Assembly (NCBI GenBank): GCA_018396865.1 | Contig: JAGTRB010000001.1 | Span: 133,970-197,969, forward strand | DNA length: 64,000 nucleotides | Direction of reading: 5' to 3' | Source of the DNA: Candidatus Bathyarchaeota archaeon | GTDB lineage: Archaea > Thermoproteota > Bathyarchaeia > TCS64 | In this document: piece by piece, positions 47,434-57,971 of the stretch | How positions within the stretch are numbered: position 1 is the stretch's first letter | Layout: every line of letters starts with the position of its first letter | The notes under the pieces: generated by a model | What the model was told of the DNA's origin: nothing | Databases searched by the model: none | What the model saw: the letters and a program-made list of their open reading frames with translations, nothing else | Program-made: the position numbers and the translations under genes

Positions 47434-49440
47434 ATGGGCTTTAAATCGATGGTAGGATGGGGAAGGCTTCATGGGGTCATCGGAAGGGCTCTAGGTCTTC
47501 TAGCCAGATCTAGGCCAAGCTTCAATATGATCAGCCTCCTTGAGGCCTCATCTCTTGGCCTAATTCTCGCTCTAGCCATTATTTTCAGGATTATGCCGAT
47601 AAAGTATGGAGCCTATTTCTCAACAGAGGCCGATACAGTATTCCAGTATAGGGTTGCTGAATACGTCGTGAGGAATGGGTACTCGGCATGGTTCACCTGG
47701 AATGATACCCTTAGCTGGTATCCATATGGGAGGGATATTGCCCACACGTCCTTCCCAGGCCTCCCCTTTTCAGCAGCCATCGTCTACTCTCTCCTAGTAT
47801 CCTTGGGTTTCAACTTCTCCCTTTACGATGTATGCATCTTCTTTCCCATCCTAATGGCCTCCCTCACCTGCTTATGCATCTTTTTCCTTGGGAGGGACCT
47901 TGGTGGCGGAAGCGCAGGCCTTTTGGCCTCCTTCATAATGGCCGTGGGCCCAGCATTCATCCTAAGAACATACCTAGGCTTCTTCGATACCGAGAATATA
48001 GGGATCTTCAGCACGGTGGCTATGTCCCTCTTCTTCCTAAGATCCATCGAAAGGGAGAAACCCCTCCTCAATAGGCTGCTCTACTCAATAGCGGCGGGCC
48101 TCTCCCTCTCCTACTTCCACGCATCCTGGGGTGCATCTAAATACGCTGTTGGTCTCCTAGCCCTCTTCATGGCCTCCACGCTGTTCTTCAACCTCTACGA
48201 GAGGCGACACCTACTCTCATATGGCGTCGTCCTCGGCGTCAGCTCCATAATCGCTATGATGATACCCATCCACGGCATTGGCTTCCTCTACAGCGCCGAG
48301 AATGTAGCCGCCTTCGGCCTCTTCATCCTCCTATTCATATATGAGGCGATCAAGGGCAGGATGAGCAGGTGGAAGGCCATGCTCGCCTCCGGAGTTATGC
48401 TGGCATCTCTCGCCATAGGGGTTCTCATCTTGGAGTCTAGGGGCCTAATACCTCCCCTCGCGCACAAGTTTCTAAGTGTTCTAGACCCTTCTCAGAGGGC
48501 TGCCAGCCCGCTTTTCGAGTCTGTTGCAGAGCATAGGAAGGCCACCTGGACGACTTTCTTCGAGAACTTCGGGATCACCCTCCCTCTCGCCCTCTTCGGA
48601 ACCTATCTAGCCCTGAGAAGGAGGGAGGAGAAGCTGATCTACGGCTCCCTCCTCTTCCTCTCAGCCCTCTACTTCACCGGATCCCTCATAAGGTTAGTCC
48701 TCATCCTCTCCATTCCAGTGAGCCTCATGGGAGCCTATGGCATGAAGGAGCTCCTCTCACCCTTCCTTGTAAAGGGCTCTAGGCAGGTCGAGAGGCGTTT
48801 AAGGAGGAGGAGGCTGGGCGTTAGCAGGGAGATGGGTCTAATATTTGTCGCGGCTATATTTGCATCCATTCTGCCGATGGTCTGGGGGGCAGCCAGCCTC
48901 GCAAACAGCCCGATGAACATAGGCGTGACCGTTCCAGTTAAGATGGGGGGGAGGTACCCCCAAGACTGGCTCCAGGCGCTTGTATGGATGAGGGACAACC
49001 TCCCAGAGGACTCAGTCGTGGTCTCTTGGTGGGACTACGGCTACTGGATCGAGACCTTCTCCAACAAGAGGACCCTCGCCGACGGCTCAACACTAAACGG
49101 TGAGCAGATAGGTAGAATAGGGAGGATAATGATGTTGAACCAGTCGGAGGCCCTCGAGATCCTAAAGGACTACAACGCCACCCACATCATGGTCTATTAC
49201 ACCTTCAATCCGAGTAATCCATCTCAGGAGTGGCCCCTGGGAGACAACGCTAAGTGGTACTGGATGGTTAGGATAGGGGGCCTAAACCTAACAGAGTATG
49301 TCGAGGAGGGCAGATACACCGCGAAGTTCTACGAGTCCACGATATACAACCTGATGAGGAAGAGCGCAGATCCAGAGCACTTCAAGTTGGTATACAAGTC
49401 GGAGAACGGATGGGTTCTAATATACGAGATAAAGTATTAA
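47434..49440 (+). CDS. aglB: Oligosaccharyltransferase AglB/STT3
   Basis: LSWYPYGR, GFFDTE, SVAEH, SWWDYGYWI, DNAKWYWM. Confidence 0.95.
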   Translation: MGFKSMVGWGRLHGVIGRALGLLARSRPSFNMISLLEASSLGLILALAIIFRIMPIKYGAYFSTEADTVFQYRVAEYVVRNGYSAWFTWNDTLSWYPYGRDIAHTSFPGLPFSAAIVYSLLVSLGFNFSLYDVCIFFPILMASLTCLCIFFLGRDLGGGSAGLLASFIMAVGPAFILRTYLGFFDTENIGIFSTVAMSLFFLRSIEREKPLLNRLLYSIAAGLSLSYFHASWGASKYAVGLLALFMASTLFFNLYERRHLLSYGVVLGVSSIIAMMIPIHGIGFLYSAENVAAFGLFILLFIYEAIKGRMSRWKAMLASGVMLASLAIGVLILESRGLIPPLAHKFLSVLDPSQRAASPLFESVAEHRKATWTTFFENFGITLPLALFGTYLALRRREEKLIYGSLLFLSALYFTGSLIRLVLILSIPVSLMGAYGMKELLSPFLVKGSRQVERRLRRRRLGVSREMGLIFVAAIFASILPMVWGAASLANSPMNIGVTVPVKMGGRYPQDWLQALVWMRDNLPEDSVVVSWWDYGYWIETFSNKRTLADGSTLNGEQIGRIGRIMMLNQSEALEILKDYNATHIMVYYTFNPSNPSQEWPLGDNAKWYWMVRIGGLNLTEYVEEGRYTAKFYESTIYNLMRKSADPEHFKLVYKSENGWVLIYEIKY

Positions 49441-49558
49441 ACCAGAATATAATACTCGAACAGATCTCTAAAACAACACTTATTTTAATATCTCGGCTGG
49501 ACGCTCTGTAAACACCATCATTAAAGAATATTCATAAAAATCTTAATTAAGAAGCGAA

Positions 49559-50125
49559 TTATAGTTTTAGCCTTACTAGGGGAAAATTATCTTTCTGGCG
49601 TACCACTTCAAATCCATTTTTTAAGTAGAAAGCTAATGGGCCAGATGGGTTGTTTTCGGAGTCTAACCTAGCAAATGTCTCCACAACCCTGTAGTTTCTT
49701 TCGCCAAGCTCTTTTAAGATTTTTTGGAGCATAATTGTTCCATATCCTTTCCTTCTATTCTCTTTATTTATTATGTATAGACAAGCTATAAACACTGCAT
49801 CATCGCTTGGAGGCCCTGAAACATAGTCATCAACCCTTGGAAAATGTTTTACAGAAGCATACTGCATAAAGCCTATCGGGGCATTGTCAAGATAGGCGAT
49901 CTCAACACCCCTTCCAAAAGATCTCTCTAAGAAATCGAGCCACTTCATCTTCCTCTTCTCGATGTCATATTTAGATACATAACGCTGTAATTCACCGCTC
50001 GTATGCCAGTAAAAGCAAAATCTGCATGGCTCGGGGATCATCTGCAAGTTATGGATGCCAACCCTTTCAAAATTTAACAGATTTCCACCACCTTTGTAAC
50101 CTTCACATATAGAGATAATAGACAA
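49559..50125 (-). CDS. GNAT family acetyltransferase
   Basis: CRFCFYW, IACLYI..RRKGYG, FYLKNGF. Confidence 0.88.
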   Translation of the reverse strand: MSIISICEGYKGGGNLLNFERVGIHNLQMIPEPCRFCFYWHTSGELQRYVSKYDIEKRKMKWLDFLERSFGRGVEIAYLDNAPIGFMQYASVKHFPRVDDYVSGPPSDDAVFIACLYIINKENRRKGYGTIMLQKILKELGERNYRVVETFARLDSENNPSGPLAFYLKNGFEVVRQKDNFPLVRLKL

Positions 50126-50342
50126 GATATAATATTAATAAGTATCACTCTTTTTGGGAAAAGAAAATTTTATGAAGGGATCTTTTGGCAATCGAACCTA
50201 CCCCGCCGATCTTCATGGACCTCTCCTTTTTTTGGGCCAATCCATAGGGGGATAAACGGGTTGATATGGGTGCTGGGAGAATACTCAAGGGGGATGGTAA
50301 CATTTATCTTCTCTATCTTCAATCTTTCGGGGAGAAGCGTGG

Positions 50343-50750
50343 TTGATAGACTTGTCCTTCAAGATAGGGAGGGTTGGCGAACTGAAGGTGGGCTCCTACG
50401 CAGTCATCGACGGAGAGCCCTGCAGGATCGTCTCAATAGATAAGAGTAAACCGGGTAAGCATGGGAGCGCGAAGTTCCGATGCACGGGTATCAGCCTGCT
50501 CGACGATAGCAAGCGCAGCTTCGTCAGCCCCGTCGACGCCTCCATACAGATCCCGATAATAGACAAGAGGAATGCCCAGATAGTCTCCGTAGGAGAGACC
50601 AGCGTCCAGCTTATGGATCTAGAATCCTATGAGGTCTTCGAGGTCAACCTGCCAAGGGAGGAGGAGATAAGGTCAAGGCTGGAAGCTGGAAAAGAGGTTG
50701 AATACTGGAACATTATGGGCAGGTACAGGATCCAGAGGGTGAAGGGCTGA
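50343..50750 (+). CDS. eif5a: Translation factor aIF5A
   Basis: SKPGKHGSAK hypusination motif. Confidence 0.97.
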   Translation: MIDLSFKIGRVGELKVGSYAVIDGEPCRIVSIDKSKPGKHGSAKFRCTGISLLDDSKRSFVSPVDASIQIPIIDKRNAQIVSVGETSVQLMDLESYEVFEVNLPREEEIRSRLEAGKEVEYWNIMGRYRIQRVKG

Positions 50751-50769
50751 GCCTCAGAAGGCATCTTCG

Positions 50770-51690
50770 ATGAAGCGAGTAGAGCATATGCGGCTTAGGC
50801 CAGGGATGAGTGTCAGGGATCTCGCAGAGGAGATGAGGCAAGCGGGGGTAATAGGGGCTGGGAGGATTGGACGGGCCGCTGAGATCATTTATGAGATGTT
50901 CTTCGACGAGGAGTACACCACCTTCATCACCCTATCTGGCCCCCTCATACCGAGTGGGATGCGCCTCATATTCACCGACCTCATTAGAGAGGGATACATA
51001 GACGCTGTAGTAACCACGGGAGCGAATGTGGTTCACGACCTACTAGAGGCCATGGGGAGAAGACACCTTATAGGAGACGGAGAGGCCGATGACAGGGAAC
51101 TCCAGAGGAGGGGTATAAACAGGATCTACGACATCTATGTTGAGGGGGAGGCCTTCGTGGAGCTAGAGAGGTATATCTGGAGTATACTCGACGAGATACC
51201 TCGAGAAGATAGGGTGGGCATCTCCATCAATAAGCTCCTGAGGGAGGTGGGGCTGAGGGTGAGGGATGGGGAGTCCGTACTCTATAACGCTGCGAAGCAT
51301 GGAGTTCCAGTGTTCAGCCCTTGCCTTTTAGACTCGATGCTCGGGATGCCCCTATGGATGTACTCGAAGCGGGAGCCCCTCCTCCTTAATCCCATCAAGG
51401 ACTTCGATCTATTCGCTGAGATGGTTTACGAGGCCAAGAAGGCTGGCGCAATAATCCTAGGGGGAGGGGTCCCGAAGCATCATGTGTTATACATGAACAC
51501 TCTAAGGGGAGGACTAGACGCCGCGGTACAGATAACCTCCGCGAGGGAGGATGACGGGAGCCTTAGCGGAGCCCCACTGAGGGAGGCCATAAGCTGGGGG
51601 AAGGTGAAGGGGGATAAGATATCCAATATCTATGGAGACGCAACGATCCTCTTCCCTCTATTAGTAGCAGCCGCCCTGAAGACACCTTGA
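50770..51690 (+). CDS. dys: Deoxyhypusine synthase
   Basis: TTGANVVHD, GINRIYD, LGGGVPK, GSLSGA..EAISWGK, GDATI. Confidence 0.96.
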   Translation: MKRVEHMRLRPGMSVRDLAEEMRQAGVIGAGRIGRAAEIIYEMFFDEEYTTFITLSGPLIPSGMRLIFTDLIREGYIDAVVTTGANVVHDLLEAMGRRHLIGDGEADDRELQRRGINRIYDIYVEGEAFVELERYIWSILDEIPREDRVGISINKLLREVGLRVRDGESVLYNAAKHGVPVFSPCLLDSMLGMPLWMYSKREPLLLNPIKDFDLFAEMVYEAKKAGAIILGGGVPKHHVLYMNTLRGGLDAAVQITSAREDDGSLSGAPLREAISWGKVKGDKISNIYGDATILFPLLVAAALKTP

Positions 51691-51819
51691 TCTTCCCAAA
51701 GATAAAAGGCATCTTTGATGGGGAGAGCAGAACATATCATCCTCAGCCGCTCCTTGGACATCAAAATATAAAAGATATCGTGTCTTATACCTCTCATGCC
51801 CCGGAATAGTGTTGTCTAA

Positions 51820-53145
51820 ATGGTACTAGAGAGGCTTGGGTCATCCCTCTACGAGGCCCTCAGGAAGGTCTTGAGGGCGCAGGCGGTTGATAAAGATTTA
51901 GTCAGGGAACTAGTCAGGGATTTCCAGAGGGCCCTACTCCAGGCGGACGTGAACGTTCAGCTCGTCCTTGAACTCTCGAAGAACATCGAGAAGAGGGCTC
52001 TAGAGGAGAGGCTCCCCCCCGGAATAAGCCGGAGAGAGCATATAGTTAAGGTCGTCTACGACGAGCTCACGAGATTCGTAGGGGAGAGGCAGGAGCCCCT
52101 AGAGATAAAGGCCGGCAGACAGAATATCCTTATGCTCGTCGGGGTCCAGGGCTCTGGGAAGACCACGACGGCGGCGAAGCTGGCTAGGTTCATCCAGAAG
52201 AGGGGATTTAAGGTCGGCCTTATATGCGCTGACACCTTCCGGCCTGGAGCATATGACCAGCTTCGACAGCTGGCCGAATCCGTAAACATCGATTTCTATG
52301 GGGAGCTCGGTGGGAGGGACCCAATAGCCATAGCGAGGAGGGGGTTAGAGAGGTTTAAGAACCACGACGTGGTCATAATCGACACCTCCGGCCGCCATAA
52401 GGAGGAGAAATCCCTCTTGGAGGAGATGAGAGGCCTTGCGGAAGCCATAAACCCCCATGAGGTGATCTTGGTGGTTGATGGAACCATTGGACAGCAGGCA
52501 GCGGCTCAGGCTGAGGCCTTCAATAAGGCCACAAGCATAGGCTCCATAATAATAGCGAAGCTCGACGGCTCTGCGAGAGGTGGGGGGGCCCTCTCATCCG
52601 TGGCTGCGACGGGCGCCAAGATAAAGTTCATCGGGACAGGGGAGAAGATCGAGGACCTGGAGCCCTTCATCCCCGCCCGGTTCATCTCGAGGCTTCTTGG
52701 GATGGGGGATATAGAGGGGCTTGTCAAAAGGGTTGAGGAGGCCGAGGTTAAGGTATCTGAGAGGGATGTCAAGGCTATTCTCTCAGGGAGATTCACCCTC
52801 TCAGACATGTACCAGCAGTTCGAGGAGATGAGGAAGCTTGGCCCTCTAAGGAAGATCCTAACGATGCTTCCTGGGTTGGGGTATCAACTCCAAGATGATC
52901 AGTTCGATGTTGCCGAGGAGAAGTTGAAAAGGTGGAGGGCTATGATCCAGTCAATGACCAAGGAGGAGAGGGAGAACCCGAGGATTCTGGACGCCTCTAG
53001 GATTAGACGTGTGGCCAGGGGGTCTGGAACAGAGGAGAGGGATGTGAGAGAGCTTATAAAACAGTATGAGCTAATGAAGAGGATGCTCAAACAGCTCAGG
53101 GGGAGGCGAGGACTGATGAGGCTTCTCCCCACAAAAATGGGGTGA
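51820..53145 (+). CDS. srp54: Signal recognition particle protein SRP54
   Basis: GVQGSGKTT, DTFRPGA, DTSGRH, KLDG, SMT..ER..SRIRRVARGSG. Confidence 0.98.
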   Translation: MVLERLGSSLYEALRKVLRAQAVDKDLVRELVRDFQRALLQADVNVQLVLELSKNIEKRALEERLPPGISRREHIVKVVYDELTRFVGERQEPLEIKAGRQNILMLVGVQGSGKTTTAAKLARFIQKRGFKVGLICADTFRPGAYDQLRQLAESVNIDFYGELGGRDPIAIARRGLERFKNHDVVIIDTSGRHKEEKSLLEEMRGLAEAINPHEVILVVDGTIGQQAAAQAEAFNKATSIGSIIIAKLDGSARGGGALSSVAATGAKIKFIGTGEKIEDLEPFIPARFISRLLGMGDIEGLVKRVEEAEVKVSERDVKAILSGRFTLSDMYQQFEEMRKLGPLRKILTMLPGLGYQLQDDQFDVAEEKLKRWRAMIQSMTKEERENPRILDASRIRRVARGSGTEERDVRELIKQYELMKRMLKQLRGRRGLMRLLPTKMG

Positions 53146-53154
53146 GAGGGAGGA

Positions 53155-53442
53155 TTGGGAAAGTCATCCGGTCCCAGGAGGAAGAGTAGAAGTGCCCTAA
53201 CGAAACCCGTGAGGGAGAAGGGGAAGCTGGGCCTAAGTAGGCTCCTCACAAAATACGAGATCGGGGAGAAGGTCATAATAGACATAGACCCCGCAGTCCA
53301 CAGGGGGATGCCCCACCGCCGCTACCAGGGGAGAACAGGAACCGTTGTCGAGAAGAGGGGTAAGGCATATATTATAGAGATCCCTCAAAGGAAGATCTCC
53401 AAGCTCATCATAGCCTCCCCGGAGCATCTTAGGAGATGTTAG
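53155..53442 (+). CDS. rpl21e: 50S ribosomal protein eL21
   Basis: GMPHRRYQGRTG, PEHL. Confidence 0.97.
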   Translation: MGKSSGPRRKSRSALTKPVREKGKLGLSRLLTKYEIGEKVIIDIDPAVHRGMPHRRYQGRTGTVVEKRGKAYIIEIPQRKISKLIIASPEHLRRC

Positions 53443-53450
53443 ATTAAGAG

Positions 53451-53768
53451 ATGTTGATCTCTAAGAAGGAGATAACTGTAGCCGAGGCAAAGAGGCTTCT
53501 AGAAGGAGTGGAGGAGCTGGACCCCCTCCAGCGTAGGGTTTTGGACTATGCCTCGAAGTTTTCCAAGCTCCCAGCCGAGAGAGCCGCAGAACTAGTTGAA
53601 ATGCTCATGAATGAGGCTCTACTCGAAAGGAGGACGGCTGTTCAGATAGTCAACTGCCTACCCGAAAGCGTAGAAGAGGTTAGAACCCTGCTCGGGCGTC
53701 AAAGAATAGTCTCGGAGGAGGCCCTTAACAAGATCCTGGAGATACTCAAGAGATACAGCGCAGGCTGA
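53451..53768 (+). CDS. rpoF: RNA polymerase subunit Rpo4 (F)
   Basis: LDYASKFSKL, IVNCLPES.EEVR; synteny with rpl21e. Confidence 0.93.
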   Translation: MLISKKEITVAEAKRLLEGVEELDPLQRRVLDYASKFSKLPAERAAELVEMLMNEALLERRTAVQIVNCLPESVEEVRTLLGRQRIVSEEALNKILEILKRYSAG

Positions 53769-53801
53769 ATCCTAGGGTCTAGTGGTCGATGAGGTGGGAG
53801 C

Positions 53802-54365
53802 GTGGAGCGAGAGGGCAAGAAATACGAGGAGTATGCCTACGTGTTAGACTTCCTCCCGCATGGCAAGCCCGGTGTCCCCCGTCACCCCTATGGAAGGGGC
53901 CTCGTTCAACTGATAGGTGAGGCTTTCTTCACCCTTCTGGAGGCCGTGCCTCATAGGAACGTGGACTTCACGGTTAGAGAGAGGATCTATATAGGGAAGT
54001 TTGGGAGGACAAAGATAGATCACGTCCTTGGGAGGATCTCCTACGACGATCTCACCTCTACGGCCAAGGCTGAACTTCCAGGGGTTATAGAGACCATAGT
54101 TAGGTCCCAGGAGAAGAGGTTCATAGATTTTTTCAACACATCTCAGCCGATAACTCCAAGGATGCACTCAATGGAACTCATCCCGGGAATAGGGAAGAAG
54201 CTTATGTGGCAGATATTGGAGCAAAGGGAGAAAGAGCCGTTCAAGAGCTTTGAAGACCTACAGAAGAGGATAAACCTTCCAGACCCCGCTAGGCTCATCG
54301 CAAGGAGGATTTTAGAAGAGCTCTCGAAAGAGGAGAAATATCTCATATTCACCAGGTCCATGTGA
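53802..54365 (+). CDS. DUF655 RNA-binding protein
   Basis: EEYAYVLDF, FTLLE, RMHSMELIPGIGKK. Confidence 0.95.
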   Translation: MEREGKKYEEYAYVLDFLPHGKPGVPRHPYGRGLVQLIGEAFFTLLEAVPHRNVDFTVRERIYIGKFGRTKIDHVLGRISYDDLTSTAKAELPGVIETIVRSQEKRFIDFFNTSQPITPRMHSMELIPGIGKKLMWQILEQREKEPFKSFEDLQKRINLPDPARLIARRILEELSKEEKYLIFTRSM

Positions 54366-54457
54366 AGAGATCATCAGTTTAAAGGGGCTCTATTCTAAGG
54401 TGTATTTATCTGCGTCACCTTTTTAAGCCTCCTGATGAGAGGAAGAGTGGAAATAGA

Positions 54458-54967
54458 ATGAGGGCCAGAAACTTCAGGGAGATCAAAGGGATGCCCTATA
54501 CTAGACGTGAATTTATGGGGGGCGTCCCAGGGTCAAAGATAACGAAGTTCACGATGGGTGACCCAAAGAAGAGGTTCGAATATACCGTTAAGCTGGTAAA
54601 TCTAGAGAATGCCCAGATAAGGCATAACGCCCTCGAGGCTGCCAGGATAGCGGCAAACAAGTTCCTAGAGAGCCGGCTGGGTAGAGAAGGCTACATGATG
54701 AAGGTAGTCCCATACCCACATAACGTCCTCAGGGAGCATAAGAGGATCAATGTGGCCCAAGCGGACAGGTTCCAGGAGGGGATGAAGAAGGCCTATGGGA
54801 AGCCCGTGGGAACAGCCGCAAGGGTTATGATGGGAGATCCCATAATAATAGCTCAGGTTCCTGCAGGGGGAGTGGAAGTCGCAAAGGAGGCCTTGAGGAG
54901 GGCCTCCGCAAAGTTCCCAACCCCATGCAGAATAGTGGTGGAAGAGAACCTCGAACCCTCCAACTAA
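54458..54967 (+). CDS. rpl10e: 50S ribosomal protein uL16 (L10e)
   Basis: QIRHNALEAAR, YPH.VLREHK, GMKKAYGKP. Confidence 0.97.
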   Translation: MRARNFREIKGMPYTRREFMGGVPGSKITKFTMGDPKKRFEYTVKLVNLENAQIRHNALEAARIAANKFLESRLGREGYMMKVVPYPHNVLREHKRINVAQADRFQEGMKKAYGKPVGTAARVMMGDPIIIAQVPAGGVEVAKEALRRASAKFPTPCRIVVEENLEPSN

Positions 54968-54978
54968 ATAGGATTGGG

Positions 54979-55995
54979 ATGGGTTGGAAGGGTTTGGATG
55001 AGCCCCCTTATTACGACCTAGAGGAAGAGCGCGTACTAGAGGAGATTAGGAGGCTTAATGCGAGGAGGGTTCTAATACAGCTCCCAGAAGGCCTGAGGCC
55101 ACACGCCTTCAAGCTGACCGAGAGACTTGAGGGAACTGGCGCCGAGATATTTCTCGTCGGAGACTCATGCTACGGGGCTTGCGACCTTGCCATCCGTCAG
55201 GCTGAAAGCTTGGGAGTCAGCCTCCTAATCCATTATGGCCATAGCAGGATGCTCCCCGATACGGAGATCCCGGTGCTCTACATCGAGGCAGTCTCGAAGG
55301 TGGACCTTAAGCCAGCTATTGAGAGGTCTTTGCCCCTGATTGAGGGCTGGGAAAGGATAGGGCTAACAACAACCGTCCAGCACATACATAAGCTGGGAGA
55401 GGTTGCTGAATTGTTGAGAGGTAGGGGGATGGAGCCTCACATCGGGAAGGGAGGATTTGGCCTCCTGAGGCCGGGAATGGTAACCGGCTGTAACTACAGC
55501 TCTGCCACATCCATAGCGGAGATTGTTGATGGCTACCTATTCATAGGAGGGGGGCGTTTCCACCCTGTCGGGCTAGCCCTAGCCACGGGGAAGAGGGTTG
55601 TAGCCGCCGACCCCTACCTCGCCTCGGCTTCGATAATCGAGGAGTCGGAGATCAGGAGAATCATCATGAGGAGGCTGGCAGCAATAGAGGCCGCCAAGTA
55701 TGCCAGGAGGTATTGCATAGTGGTTAGCCTGAAGCCTGGACAACTCCATCTCAAGGAGGCATTAAATATTAAAAGTGCCTTGGAGATGCGTGGTAAGAAG
55801 GCGGTAATCCTATGCCTAGATGAGGTTAGGGCAGAGGCTCTCAATAACTTCATAGAGGCCGAGGCCTTCATAGACACAGCATGTCCAAGGATAGCCCTAG
55901 ACGGGCTAGAGGACCTCCGCAAGCCCTTCCTCACCCTCAGAGAGGCGGAGGCGTTAATAGGTCTGAGGAGCGTAGAGGAGGTCTGGAGGTACTAG
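54979..55995 (+). CDS. dph2: Diphthamide biosynthesis enzyme Dph2
   Basis: QLPEGL, SCYGACD, HYGHS, GC, GGGRFH, ACPRI. Confidence 0.95.
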   Translation: MGWKGLDEPPYYDLEEERVLEEIRRLNARRVLIQLPEGLRPHAFKLTERLEGTGAEIFLVGDSCYGACDLAIRQAESLGVSLLIHYGHSRMLPDTEIPVLYIEAVSKVDLKPAIERSLPLIEGWERIGLTTTVQHIHKLGEVAELLRGRGMEPHIGKGGFGLLRPGMVTGCNYSSATSIAEIVDGYLFIGGGRFHPVGLALATGKRVVAADPYLASASIIEESEIRRIIMRRLAAIEAAKYARRYCIVVSLKPGQLHLKEALNIKSALEMRGKKAVILCLDEVRAEALNNFIEAEAFIDTACPRIALDGLEDLRKPFLTLREAEALIGLRSVEEVWRY

Positions 55996-56131
55996 GGAGA
56001 GGTCTAGGGGTTCCGAGGTTTCCATCAGTAAGTTTACGCTCAATGAAAACCTTATTCACAACCATAGGCGGAGGATTTAATAAAAGGCGCGTGGATCGCC
56101 CTACGCGGCTCATTCGGGATGTGACAAGCTC

Positions 56132-56731
56132 ATGCCAAGAGGATCCGATGGCGGCGAGCATACTCCATATAGGCTTAGGGAGAGATTTGTCTACCCTGGG
56201 GAACGCCTAGCCGTTGAGGAGGAGTTCTTCAGCGGGAGGGGAACCTACATGGATAGGGGTGTAATAAGGTCTGAGGCGCTGGGGAGAGCCCTATACGATA
56301 TGAGGGAGAGGGAGGTGAGGGTCTCGAAGGCTACGAGGGAACCCATAATTCCCATAGAAGGTTTCGAGGTGATAGGAGAGGTGGGTTCAGTTCAGAGGAG
56401 GATGGCCAACGTGGATGTCTTCATAGTCTCGGGCCGAGAGGTCTCCAGGCCATACACAGGGGTTATATATCCTCCCGCAACCAAGAGATCCTCCAGAGGC
56501 CTAGACATGGCGGTGAGGAGCGGGGATATAATAAAGGGAAAGATCATCAATACTAAGAATAGAGTGCTACAGATCTCGATAGACGAAGAGGAATATGGAG
56601 TGATACTCGCCTACTGCTCAAGATGTGGCTCCCCGTTAGAATATAGGAGAACCCGTCTCCACTGTCCGAGGTGCGGGAGGGTTGATAGAAGGAAGATCGC
56701 AAAACAATACGGTTTGGAGGCATTAAATTGA
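56132..56731 (+). CDS. csl4: Exosome RNA-binding protein Csl4
   Basis: PGERLAVEEEF, GDIIKG, CSRCG..CPRCG..RK. Confidence 0.93.
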   Translation: MPRGSDGGEHTPYRLRERFVYPGERLAVEEEFFSGRGTYMDRGVIRSEALGRALYDMREREVRVSKATREPIIPIEGFEVIGEVGSVQRRMANVDVFIVSGREVSRPYTGVIYPPATKRSSRGLDMAVRSGDIIKGKIINTKNRVLQISIDEEEYGVILAYCSRCGSPLEYRRTRLHCPRCGRVDRRKIAKQYGLEALN

Positions 56732-57009
56732 AGTTGAGGGTCCTCTCCAAGGAAGATAACAGTCTCGAAATAGCCTTCGGAGGGGAGGGGCATACCCTCC
56801 TAAACCTCCTCCAGAGCCTCCTACTCAAACAGAAAGGGGTTAAAATGGCGGGATACTCGAAGCCCCACCCGTTAATGGACCGCTCAGTGCTCTTCGTGAG
56901 CACTGAGGAAGATAAACCCCCAGAAGTGGCTCTAATAGAGGCAGCCGAGGAGGGAAAGAGGCTTCTCAAAGAGTTCCTAGAAGAGTTCGAGGGGCGGCTC
57001 GCCAGATAG
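56728..57009 (+). CDS. rpoL: RNA polymerase subunit Rpo11 (L)
   Basis: GEGHTLLNLL, AGYSKPHPL. Confidence 0.95.
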   Translation: MKLRVLSKEDNSLEIAFGGEGHTLLNLLQSLLLKQKGVKMAGYSKPHPLMDRSVLFVSTEEDKPPEVALIEAAEEGKRLLKEFLEEFEGRLAR

Positions 57010-57021
57010 TGGGAAGGCAGG

Positions 57022-57552
57022 ATGACTGTTGAACCTAGGATAAGGCAGGTCAAGAGGGAGATTAGAACCCTCGGGGTTGTGGCGAAAAGGTACAAGGACG
57101 GAGGAAGCCTGATTATCGGGGTTGTCTTTAGGGGGGGCCTATACCTTGACGGGGTCCTCAAAGCTACAACCCACGATCCCGATATAACCAACACAATGGT
57201 GGAGATGATCAAGTCTTCACCCCACTATCCCCAGATAAGGGTCCTCATCCTTCACGAGGCCCTCATAGACGAGGAGGTAAGGATAGACCCCTCTCAGCTG
57301 TATAATGAGGTCAAGAGGCCTCTAATCCTCCTCTCTGATGGAGACTTCGAGGGTGAGCATAGACCCCCAATAAATGTATTAGAGGTGGAGCTTGGAGGTA
57401 AAACCGTGAAAGTAATACCCCTCGGCTTGAGAGGGAGGGAGGCGGAGAAGATACTCATGGTGACGACCAGGGATGGAGCTCTCCCAGAGCCAATAAGAGT
57501 GGCCGATCTAATCTCCTCGGCACTGATCTGCTTGGATGAACAAAAGATTTAA
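57022..57552 (+). CDS. DUF99 (endonuclease V-like) protein
   Basis: KREIR.LG, IGVVFRG..LDG, PEPIRVA. Confidence 0.85.
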   Translation: MTVEPRIRQVKREIRTLGVVAKRYKDGGSLIIGVVFRGGLYLDGVLKATTHDPDITNTMVEMIKSSPHYPQIRVLILHEALIDEEVRIDPSQLYNEVKRPLILLSDGDFEGEHRPPINVLEVELGGKTVKVIPLGLRGREAEKILMVTTRDGALPEPIRVADLISSALICLDEQKI

Positions 57553-57593
57553 ATGCGATCTCCGAGATCGCAGTCGGAAGAGGTCTAGTTCTG

Positions 57594-57914
57594 ATGAAGT
57601 TCTGCTCAAGATGCGGCACCCTAATGAACCTTGATAGGGAGAGACAGGCATATGTCTGCCCGAAATGCGGTGCCGTGGAGACCCCTGAGAGTAGCATTGT
57701 CTACTCCAAGACTGGAACCCCTAGAGACAAGGTAGTAGTCATAGGGAGGGAGGAGTTAAACCTGAGGACGACGCCCCAGGTGAAGATAAACTGCCCAAAA
57801 TGCGGTAATAGCACTGCCTATTGGTGGATGGTGCAGACTAGAGGTGTAGATGAAAGCATGACTCAGTTTTATCGCTGCACCAAGTGTGGATACACTTGGA
57901 GGGAGTATGGCTGA
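57594..57914 (+). CDS. tfs: Transcription factor S
   Basis: FCSRCG, CPKCG, QTRGVDE, CTKCG.TWR. Confidence 0.96.
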   Translation: MKFCSRCGTLMNLDRERQAYVCPKCGAVETPESSIVYSKTGTPRDKVVVIGREELNLRTTPQVKINCPKCGNSTAYWWMVQTRGVDESMTQFYRCTKCGYTWREYG

Positions 57915-57971
57915 GGGAGATCTTTTAAGTCATGAGAGGTATAAACATTATATGATATTTGAGGTGTCGAG